Of a stretch of DNA of 58,446 nt, positions 16,225 to 23,336 are shown piece after piece. The notes under the pieces were generated by a model that was not told the DNA's origin, ran no database searches, and saw only the letters and a program-made list of their open reading frames with translations. Positions within the stretch are counted from its first letter, which is position 1, and every line of letters begins with the position of its first letter. Made by a program: the position numbers and the translations under genes. This DNA comes from a virus (Duplodnaviria; Caudoviricetes): positions 1 to 58,446 of IMG/VR virus record IMGVR_UViG_3300025012_000101; one strand, written 5' to 3'.

Positions 16225-17133
16225 TCAGAGACTCTTGGTGCAGCGGAAGCCGACGCCGCCGATGCGATGGCCGGGCCCGAAGACGTCGAGATAGAAGACG
16301 CCCGCATACGAGTCGGAACCCCAGCAGCCGCCCCGGACGAGCGCACCACCAGACCAGTTCCGCTCTCCGTCAGGCCGCCAGCCCATACCTTTTTCTTGCG
16401 ATGGGTAGGGGGCAGTGGTCAGCGATATGGAATCGGCAGCAATCTTGCCAGTCAGGCCGTTTTCATCGCCCTGGATGTCGTCGAATACCCATGAGTAGCA
16501 GTTGCCAGAGAAGTCGTAGATTTTTTCGCCGTTGCTCAGCTGGTGCCAGCGGCGCTCTTCTGCATCGTCGGATTCGTAGGTTCCTTCCTGCGCTTCACTG
16601 ACGTTATCTTTGTGGATGCCTTGGAAAATCTTGCCTTCGCCGACCTTGCCACCAGTCCAGTTAATGTCTTGCTGGCTGATGTCGTATGCAATGGCCAGCG
16701 CGCGGGTTTCAGCGAGAAGGTCATAACCAGCAACGGCGCAAGCTTTGCGTGCATTGTCATAGTTGATCTCGACCCAAGGCATTGCGTCAGCGACCGACTG
16801 TGGAATTCCTGCTGGGCCGCGTGATGCGATGTACTGAGCAACTTGGAAGGATGGAACCACTTTGCCGTTTGGCAGCGTAACTTCCGGCACTGTGACGAAC
16901 AGGCTGCTTGCCTTAACCGTTGCAGCCACTTTGGCGCGCAGATCGGAAGCCAGTAGAGGGTATTCAGCCGCGCACGATTCTGCGTATGCCGCAATCGCCG
17001 GGATGCCGTGCTTGTCAGTGGTGAGGTTCAGGACGAAGTATTCGTTTCCTTCATGCTTCCCGCCTGGTGCATCAGTGCCGTCGGTGCGCGTGACGTTGAA
17101 TTTATGGTAAAGACCTTGTTCGCGTTGGTTCAT
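16225..17133 (-). CDS. DGR-1 target protein B (paralog of A with an extra ~75-aa N-terminal domain)
   Basis: Same CLec/FGE motifs (PWVEINYDNARKAC, DFSGNCYSW, RGGCW...VGFRC) and the same C-terminal TKSL. Confidence 0.9.
   Translation of the reverse strand: MNQREQGLYHKFNVTRTDGTDAPGGKHEGNEYFVLNLTTDKHGIPAIAAYAESCAAEYPLLASDLRAKVAATVKASSLFVTVPEVTLPNGKVVPSFQVAQYIASRGPAGIPQSVADAMPWVEINYDNARKACAVAGYDLLAETRALAIAYDISQQDINWTGGKVGEGKIFQGIHKDNVSEAQEGTYESDDAEERRWHQLSNGEKIYDFSGNCYSWVFDDIQGDENGLTGKIAADSISLTTAPYPSQEKGMGWRPDGERNWSGGALVRGGCWGSDSYAGVFYLDVFGPGHRIGGVGFRCTKSL
16241..16355 (-). repeat. DGR-1 remote variable repeat VR2
   Basis: 16 of 115 mismatches to TR1, all at TR adenines (10 A>G, 5 A>T, 1 A>C). 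Confidence 0.96.
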
Positions 17134-17330
17134 TTTGCTATCTCCTGTTGTTGGTTTAATTTCTCTGCGTTGCGATACCGCCGAATTTGTGCGTCAGACC
17201 GGATAAACCAGCCCACCTTGACGTTGATGCTATCCAGCGCGGCCTGTGCCATCCTGCGTCCCTCGGCATGGGCTTCTTCTGCCATGCGGTCAATCTCTGC
17301 GTGGTGCTCGGCGCGTCTATCGGCGCTCAC
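17130..17330 (-). CDS. Hypothetical early protein
   Basis: ATGA-coupled chain of small early ORFs. Confidence 0.6.
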   Translation of the reverse strand: MSADRRAEHHAEIDRMAEEAHAEGRRMAQAALDSINVKVGWFIRSDAQIRRYRNAEKLNQQQEIAK

Positions 17331-17421
17331 AACTTGCCTCGCGCAATTTCCAGCGCTTTACTGAACCGATAGCCCTGCCTGAAGTAATGGCGGTACAGCG
17401 CGCGGATGAATGCGAGCGGCC

Positions 17422-17742
17422 TCATTTCAGTAGCTCCAGCTTTTTGAGCTTGCAGGTCATCAGCTTGGCGTCGAACGTCACCACGGCACCATTGGCGCAC
17501 CTGGACAGCGTGGCGCTGATGCGGTCGTATTGCTGCCGGTCGGCCATTGTGTCCAGGCGGTGCTGGATTACGTCGCGGTAGCCGGCGGTGAGTGTCCACA
17601 GCATCACGGCTGCTGCGGCTGTCATCACGGTGTAGAACAGCGGCGTGGCGCGGCGCTCGATGTCGTCCATGCGGGCGTTCTCGCGCTCGACTTCGGCACG
17701 CCTGTTGAGCTTGTTGACGATGTGCTGGTGGGCGAGGCTCAT
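17422..17742 (-). CDS. Hypothetical protein with one hydrophobic segment
   Basis: LFYTVMTAAAAVMLWTLTA; coupled to neighbouring ORFs. Confidence 0.6.
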   Translation of the reverse strand: MSLAHQHIVNKLNRRAEVERENARMDDIERRATPLFYTVMTAAAAVMLWTLTAGYRDVIQHRLDTMADRQQYDRISATLSRCANGAVVTFDAKLMTCKLKKLELLK

Positions 17743-18173
17743 GCTTCGTCCCTCCGTTCCATGTATGCGCGCAAGCTATCTTCCGCGCCTACATCGCCGT
17801 CAATCTCGATACTGCGGGACAGTGAACAGGCGGCGTTCTCAAGTTCAGTCGCGCAGCCGGTGATAGTGGATGTGCGGTCGATCAGCTCATTGATGATGTG
17901 CTTGCATTCCAGCAGGCTGGCGTTGCCGATAAAGTCGGCGATTTCAACCAATTCATCCAGCCTGCCAAGCCGCTGCGCCTTGCGCTGGCCTTCTACGATC
18001 ATCTGCGGCACGTCCGGCATGTCACCCAGCTTATTCATGAGCGGGCGGATTGCGCGCAGCGTGGCGATGATGTGCTGGTTGCGGCGGATTGCTGCATCGT
18101 GTTCCACCGGCGGCGGCGTCAGGCCGGGAAGAAACTCTGGCAACCCGGCGGCTTGGGTTTCGATCATGTTCAT
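17739..18173 (-). CDS. Hypothetical protein, first gene of the leftward early operon
   Basis: Strong GGAGGT RBS upstream on the minus strand. Confidence 0.7.
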   Translation of the reverse strand: MNMIETQAAGLPEFLPGLTPPPVEHDAAIRRNQHIIATLRAIRPLMNKLGDMPDVPQMIVEGQRKAQRLGRLDELVEIADFIGNASLLECKHIINELIDRTSTITGCATELENAACSLSRSIEIDGDVGAEDSLRAYMERRDEA

Positions 18174-18645
18174 GGCGTTACCTCCATAAAGTTATCCGGT
18201 TGCCCGACCTAGGGCTGGGCTGGTTTCTTTCGCACTACCAGCGGTCGCTCACCTTTCCGAGTAGTCAGGCTCCCTTGTCGCATGAGGTCTAATCGCCATT
18301 ACCTCGTTCCACTTCACTGCGCTTGCTACTCAATCAGCAGTACGGAAGCGCCTGAACTTCATCCGGCTTGCAATCGGGGGAAATCCGGCTGCCGTCAGCT
18401 CGCTTCTTCATGCTCACGGAACTATTGATCCAACCGCCTCCGTGCTGCCGACTGTTACTGCCACTGCATTCTCGCTACCGTCAGGCTTCACCGTAGTCCT
18501 GCCTATTCACCATGCCCGCGATTCAGGCTGACGCTACTTGCCGGTACTTATGGATTCCTCCACCCCGAGGGACTGAATCCTGCTCTATCCTGCGTTCGCT
18601 GCTGCTGGGCTGCCGGTATCCCGCGTTGATCTGTAGGATGGGTGA

Positions 18646-18674
18646 ATTATCGACAAGTCGATTTAATAAGTCAA
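18646..18674 (-). promoter_or_regulatory. pL-like sigma70 promoter
   Basis: TTGACT-17 bp-GATAAT on the minus strand, overlapped by operator palindromes. Confidence 0.85.
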
Positions 18675-18687
18675 TAGATATTTCGAT
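18649..18687. promoter_or_regulatory. OL operators (two 14-bp sites)
   Basis: ATCGACAAGTCGAT (18649-18662) and ATAGATATTTCGAT (18674-18687); consensus AT(C/A)G-N6-C(G/T)AT shared with OR. Confidence 0.8.
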
Positions 18688-18700
18688 ATTCGAGGGAAAT

Positions 18701-18722
18701 AAAAAACCCGCCGAAGCGGGTT
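18701..18722 (-). terminator. Terminator of the cI/immunity operon
   Basis: Minus strand AACCCGC-TTCG-GCGGGTT-TTTT. Confidence 0.85.
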
Positions 18723-18743
18723 ATGGTTTGATGGTGTGCTAAA

Positions 18744-19037
18744 TTATTCTCGTCGGTCTTTTTCTTTTGCGGCTTCGTTGGTCTGCCATTGCATATTGCC
18801 TGAAGCGTCTGCGCCGCCGCGCTTGAGCGGTACAACGTGGTCAATAACGTATCCAGAACAGCGGCCAGTTGATTTACCGGTGGATGGACAAGGGTTGGCG
18901 TGCTTGAAGTCTTTTATCGCGCTGGCGCTGCGCTGGATGCGGCCATTGCTGTCGCGCGGGCAGGTGTCGCAGCGCGTGGATGCGAATGCAGGGAACGTCA
19001 GGCAGGAAAGCAGAATAAGCAGGGCGATGCGTGTCAT
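18744..19037 (-). CDS. Small exported HNH-like protein
   Basis: Signal peptide ending in AFA; GYVIDHVVPLKRGGAD--NMQWQ. Confidence 0.75.
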   Translation of the reverse strand: MTRIALLILLSCLTFPAFASTRCDTCPRDSNGRIQRSASAIKDFKHANPCPSTGKSTGRCSGYVIDHVVPLKRGGADASGNMQWQTNEAAKEKDRRE

Positions 19038-19423
19038 TGTGTAACGTAAATGGCTGTTGCAGATAGCGTCTTGCTCCGAGCCTGATACGGAACAAACACT
19101 CCACCTCCATAGGGTTGCTTAACAAACGTACTGCCAGTGGTTACTTCTGTGCCACTGGTGTTAAGCACAATCGCATTTGCCCCGATAGCGGCTGCCTGTT
19201 TCTTCAACTCTTCGAGGGCGTAGTTTTGCTTCTCCTGGTCGGAAAATCCCCCCATGCTTCTCGCTTCTACCAACCCTATGACTTCGTGATTCGGTGGCGG
19301 TTGGAGCAACACCTTAACCTGCATAAAGTCTATCGGAGCGCGCGTTTGTCCAGTAACGACACCAGACCCGGTGGCGCAGCCGGTAAGCGTTACCGCTAGA
19401 ACCATCCATGCTATTCGTTTCAT
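19034..19423 (-). CDS. Lipoprotein (YbjQ-like fold possible)
   Basis: Lipobox LTGC after a hydrophobic leader; ELKKQAAAIGANAIV. Confidence 0.75.
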   Translation of the reverse strand: MKRIAWMVLAVTLTGCATGSGVVTGQTRAPIDFMQVKVLLQPPPNHEVIGLVEARSMGGFSDQEKQNYALEELKKQAAAIGANAIVLNTSGTEVTTGSTFVKQPYGGGVFVPYQARSKTLSATAIYVTQ

Positions 19424-19492
19424 TGATCTACCCCTTTAGGATTGCGTTGAGAATCCTCCTGGTGCTGCGGCGCTGGGCGCTCTCGTAATGAT

Positions 19493-19732
19493 CTACCTGT
19501 CGATACTGACCGAACCCTGTATGTCGGCATCAATCGTGCCTCCTTGAACTCGAACAAGTGGTAGCTTTTCAATCAATTTAAGTCGTTGTTCTTGCCTCTT
19601 ATCGTTATCTTGTATGTCTTTGAGCGCACGAAAATCCCCAAAAGTCGGAGGCGTAGAAACATAAAGTTTTAGTGCGATAAAGCAAAGCGCTGCGGCTATA
19701 ACGGCAAGAATCGCCTTGGCTGTATTGTCCAC
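19493..19732 (-). CDS. Small membrane-anchored protein
   Basis: N-terminal hydrophobic helix AILAVIAAALCFIAL. Confidence 0.6.
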   Translation of the reverse strand: MDNTAKAILAVIAAALCFIALKLYVSTPPTFGDFRALKDIQDNDKRQEQRLKLIEKLPLVRVQGGTIDADIQGSVSIDR

Positions 19733-19735
19733 ACT

Positions 19736-20101
19736 TCACTCCCCGCAAAATTTACCACATGATCCATCCGCGCCACGATCATCGGGAGCGTCCGGGCAAT
19801 CCCTCCAGCTACAGAAAGTTTCCGCTGCTGTTTTTTGTGCCGGGGGAAACGTGTGAAACAGAAACCACGCGCATAGGAGGAATGCCGCCCAAGCAGATGT
19901 GTTGCAAAATCTCTTCCCTTTGCGCACTCCGGCAACTACAACGGAAATCCAAAACGGCACCATGAGCTGCCAGTAGTAGATGGTCAGCGCCAAGCCAAAC
20001 AGGAATATCACCAAACAAAAAATAAGCGCCACCAACGATCCTGCGCCGTCTATCAACCCAGAAAGTACGTCGCCGATGGCGCGTATCGTTCGCTCGATCA
20101 T
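19736..20101 (-). CDS. Multi-pass membrane protein coupled to cI
   Basis: Two to three hydrophobic segments; ATGA overlap with the cI stop. Confidence 0.6.
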   Translation of the reverse strand: MIERTIRAIGDVLSGLIDGAGSLVALIFCLVIFLFGLALTIYYWQLMVPFWISVVVAGVRKGKRFCNTSAWAAFLLCAWFLFHTFPPAQKTAAETFCSWRDCPDAPDDRGADGSCGKFCGE

Positions 20102-20733
20102 ACGTCCATAACCATCTGCTTGACCACGCCGCAGATTACCGCATCAGGGCGCATTGGCATGATCGGGTAGCGTTCGTTGAGCGGCTTCAGGTAGGTTTGC
20201 CCGCCGTCGATCACCAACTGCTTAAAGGTAGCATCTGAGCCGTTCTGGCGCACGATCACGAAGCTACCGTTGCGCGCCTCTTCTTCTGGCTCGACAATCA
20301 GGATCGCGCCATTTGGGAATTTTGGCTCCATTGAGTCGCCCTGAACACGTAAGGCGTAGGTGTGTTGCTTAACGGTGACAGTTGTTGAAATCCACTCATC
20401 TGCTTGTTCGGTTGAAAAATTATCCACGGTCTCGCTCCAGTTGCCAGCCGCCACTAGGCTGATTAAAGGAACTCTTCCCCCGATGGCTATTTTTATCGGC
20501 GAGATATTACCTGTCTCTGGGTAGCCAGGTTCTTTTTTGCCTTTTCCTGTGGCGAGCCACATTGCATCCACACCTAGAGCTGTGGCAATTTGAGCTGTTG
20601 ACGGGGTTTTGTTGGTTCTCCCTCGCTCCAAGTCGGCAATAGTTGATTGCTGCACCTTTGCAGCCTTTGCAAGTGCCACCTGAGTAAGCCCGCGTTCTTT
20701 GCGCGTCGCTTTGATTCTTTCGCCTATAGCCAT
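20098..20733 (-). CDS. cI: CI-like repressor (XRE HTH plus S24 peptidase)
   Basis: HTH LTQVALA...QSTIADLERG; AG cleavage site, VQGDSMEP and TFKQL. Confidence 0.95.
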   Translation of the reverse strand: MAIGERIKATRKERGLTQVALAKAAKVQQSTIADLERGRTNKTPSTAQIATALGVDAMWLATGKGKKEPGYPETGNISPIKIAIGGRVPLISLVAAGNWSETVDNFSTEQADEWISTTVTVKQHTYALRVQGDSMEPKFPNGAILIVEPEEEARNGSFVIVRQNGSDATFKQLVIDGGQTYLKPLNERYPIMPMRPDAVICGVVKQMVMDV

Positions 20734-20794
20734 TTCGATAATCTACATCTAATTAAAATCGAAAAGGCTATTGCGCAAATATCGTTCATTCGAT
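20726..20794. promoter_or_regulatory. OR operators (three 14-bp sites) in the cI/cro divergent region
   Basis: ATAGCCATTTCGAT (20726), ATCGAAAAGGCTAT (20758) and ATCGTTCATTCGAT (20781). Confidence 0.8.
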
Positions 20795-20805
20795 ATATTG
20801 GGAAC

Positions 20806-20994
20806 ATGAACTGGAAAAAACTAATTCAAGACTTGCTTGATGAAGGCATGACGCAAGTGGCTATTGCCGATGAAATCGGACTGAAACAGCCTTCTATCGT
20901 TGACATCTTGCAAGAAAATACCAAGAGCGTGCGCTGGGAAACTGGCAACAAGCTCATCGCTCTGCACAAGCGCGTCATGCGGAAGGCCGCCTAA
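20806..20994 (+). CDS. cro: Cro-like HTH regulator
   Basis: 62 aa, GMTQVAIADEIGLKQPSI; divergent from cI. Confidence 0.88.
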   Translation: MNWKKLIQDLLDEGMTQVAIADEIGLKQPSIVDILQENTKSVRWETGNKLIALHKRVMRKAA

Positions 20995-21082
20995 CATGAA
21001 CAACCGGCCAATTTTACTCTTCCGTTTCATTGGCCGGATTTGCCCTGCGCTTGCGCTGGGCTTTTTTATTTCAAGGTGACGT

Positions 21083-21340
21083 ATGAGTGATCCACAAGAC
21101 GACGCACCTCTGGCATCGCGCGCGGCATCCAGCAACTCATACGGCAAATGCACCGAGGAAGTGAAGGCGCGCATCCCATACGACATCAAGGAAGGTTTCA
21201 CCCGTATCGCACACGATATGGGGATGAATGAATCCGAGTTGTTGCGCGAAATGGTCATGGTCAAGGTTCTTGGTATGGACACAGTACGCAGGATATACGA
21301 AGAGCGCTTGCAGCGCGTGGCTGGAATAGGGAACGAATAA
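21083..21340 (+). CDS. Small DNA-binding regulator in the CII position (RHH-like)
   Basis: GKCTEEVKARIP...GMNESELLR; located between cro and the replication gene. Confidence 0.6.
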   Translation: MSDPQDDAPLASRAASSNSYGKCTEEVKARIPYDIKEGFTRIAHDMGMNESELLREMVMVKVLGMDTVRRIYEERLQRVAGIGNE

Positions 21341-21342
21341 TC

Positions 21343-22209
21343 ATGGCCGGCGACTGGATCAAGATGCGCCCTTCGCTGTTGACCAGCCCGAAGGTAAACG
21401 GTATCGCCAGAGAACTTGAAGGTGTTAAAGAGGTGACGAAAACACTTTCAATTGGATTCAATGGAAGTATGTCAGAAATCGTTACACGTAACGTTATGCG
21501 TAACGTAACGGTCGCGTCACTACTCGTTATATGGGGAGCCGCCAACGAGCATACAACAGATGGAATTTTCCATAACGCAGACCTTTCCGACCTTGATGAT
21601 ATGGTTGGGATACCAGGGTTCGGTGCGGCTATGGAATCGGTCGGATGGGCTGAATACGACGAAGAGAATTGCGCTGTAATCTTACCAAACTTCAATGAAT
21701 ACAATACTTGCGCTGGTGAACGGACGGCTTCTGCTAAGACTTCTGCGCAGCGTCAAAAAGAGTACCGTGATCGAAAAAAGTTACAACAAAGTGACGTAAC
21801 GAGTGACGTAACGAGTAACCGCAGAGAAGAGAAGAGAAGAGAAGATATAAAACCTACCAGTCAACCAGGCGCGGTGGGGTCGGAGAAATTCCAGATGCAC
21901 ATCGGCTGGATGCCATCGGTTCACGTTGCCGACCTTGCCAAGCAAGCGAACGTCACGATCAAACCCGAAAAGCTGCCGGAGTTCATCGCTCACTGGCTGA
22001 CGCAGACGGCACAGCGCACTCAATCCGAGTGGGATAAGGCGCTGTTGCAATCGGCAATGCATGACCGCAACCGGGACGCAGGCAAGCCGGATGCTGGTTC
22101 AAAGCTGCAATCAGGAAATCTGGCGAAGTTCGACCCGGTTGCATTCGTCAACGGTGGTCAATCACAAGCGGAGGGCGGACATGGGCGCACTATCGAAAAC
22201 GCAGCCTAG
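21343..22209 (+). CDS. Replication initiation protein (lambda O analogue, DnaT-like C-terminal part)
   Basis: MAGDWIKMR N-terminus, SAQRQKEYRDRKK, REEKRRE and FQMHIGWMP...EFIAHW. Confidence 0.82.
   Translation: MAGDWIKMRPSLLTSPKVNGIARELEGVKEVTKTLSIGFNGSMSEIVTRNVMRNVTVASLLVIWGAANEHTTDGIFHNADLSDLDDMVGIPGFGAAMESVGWAEYDEENCAVILPNFNEYNTCAGERTASAKTSAQRQKEYRDRKKLQQSDVTSDVTSNRREEKRREDIKPTSQPGAVGSEKFQMHIGWMPSVHVADLAKQANVTIKPEKLPEFIAHWLTQTAQRTQSEWDKALLQSAMHDRNRDAGKPDAGSKLQSGNLAKFDPVAFVNGGQSQAEGGHGRTIENAA
21790..21845 (+). repeat. Putative origin iterons plus purine tract within the replication gene
   Basis: AGTGACGTAACG twice plus AGTAAC, then (AGAGA)n; related CGTAACG motifs at about 21481-21510. 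Confidence 0.5.
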
Positions 22210-22831
22210 CTCGGCATGGCTTACGCCGCGCAAGTGGCCGGACGCCGACAAGCCGCTGACGATGATGGACAGGCTGTTCAACCGAATGGACGGCAGCTAC
22301 CCGCACAAGTGGCGCAGCGCGTTCGCCAATGCGCAGGCGATCCAGAACTGGCGCGAAGCATGGGCTGAAGCGTTTGACGAAGAGGTGCTGACGCTGGACG
22401 AGATCAGGGCTGGGATCGTGACCTGCCGCAAGCTGTACGACTGGCCGCCGTCGCTGCCTGAGTTCCTGAAAGCGTGCCGCCCGGCCATTGACGCCGAGCG
22501 CGCCTTCATCGAGGCGACTGAGCAGATGCGCCTGCGCGATGCCGGGAAAGATTGCTGGAGCAGCCCGGTGGTGTATTGGGCGGCGGTGAGCCTCGGCCAA
22601 GACCTGCGCAACAACCACTACGGCGCGATCAGCAAGCGCTGGGCGGCGGCGCTGGATTGGGCGGGCAAGCGGATCAAGTCCGGCGAATTTCCGAACCAGG
22701 TTCCACCCCGGCGCGAGGCGCTTCCGGCACCAGGCAGGCAGAGCGTCGATGCAGAACAGGCTGCGGCCAACATCGCAAAACTGCATGAAATGCTTGGCAA
22801 GTCGAAAATTGCAGAGGGAGTTCCAGCATGA
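22181..22831 (+). CDS. Replication protein P-like helicase loader
   Basis: LFNRMDGSYPHKW, WREAWAEAF and WPPSLPEFLKACR; follows the O-like gene. Confidence 0.75.
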   Translation: MGALSKTQPSSAWLTPRKWPDADKPLTMMDRLFNRMDGSYPHKWRSAFANAQAIQNWREAWAEAFDEEVLTLDEIRAGIVTCRKLYDWPPSLPEFLKACRPAIDAERAFIEATEQMRLRDAGKDCWSSPVVYWAAVSLGQDLRNNHYGAISKRWAAALDWAGKRIKSGEFPNQVPPRREALPAPGRQSVDAEQAAANIAKLHEMLGKSKIAEGVPA

Positions 22832-23022
22832 GCCAGTACAAAAGCATGTTTGAGCAAGCGATCAGAGCACTGGCAGCGATTGATGATGCTCTTGGGCTTG
22901 AAGATGATGGCTGCAACGAGCCTGAACGCACTCTTGACGCTATTGCAGAACTGAAAGCAGCGGCAGCACGAGGGGAGGAATTAGCGCGAACGGTAATGTC
23001 TGACACAGTGGGGAAAGCATGA
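22828..23022 (+). CDS. Hypothetical protein
   Basis: ATGA-coupled on both sides. Confidence 0.6.
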   Translation: MSQYKSMFEQAIRALAAIDDALGLEDDGCNEPERTLDAIAELKAAAARGEELARTVMSDTVGKA

Positions 23023-23336
23023 GCCTCGAACTCGCCCGCGCTCAAGTGCTGCTGCATCCGAACCAGTTCCGCAAGGACTTCTACGACTGGATAAATTACA
23101 ACTTCCATGTGTTCGAGTATTTCGAGCAGTGCGCCGTCAAGGTCTGGGATGCCGGATTCACCCACTACAGCGCCCGAACCATCGTCGAGGTGATGCGTCA
23201 CCGCTCCAACGTGCGCGAGATCATCGGCGAATACAAGCTCAACGATCATCGCACTCCGGATATGGCGCGGCTCTACATGCTGGTTCACCCGGAGCATCGC
23301 GGGCTGTTCGAGTTCCGCGAGAGAAAGGCGGCATGA
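23019..23336 (+). CDS. Conserved phage hypothetical protein
   Basis: HYSARTIVEVMR...YKLND...ARLY...LFEFR pattern; coupled ORF. Confidence 0.7.
   Translation: MSLELARAQVLLHPNQFRKDFYDWINYNFHVFEYFEQCAVKVWDAGFTHYSARTIVEVMRHRSNVREIIGEYKLNDHRTPDMARLYMLVHPEHRGLFEFRERKAA

Noticed and set aside
10105-16355. The three ~115-bp copies as a CRISPR array or IS ends
   Set aside because: They are dispersed, have no spacers or cas/transposase genes, and are fully explained as TR and VRs.
23129-23332. N-terminal extension of the second MTase as called in the ORF track
   Set aside because: It overlaps the upstream gene; motif I begins right after the ATG at 23333, which is ATGA-coupled to that gene.
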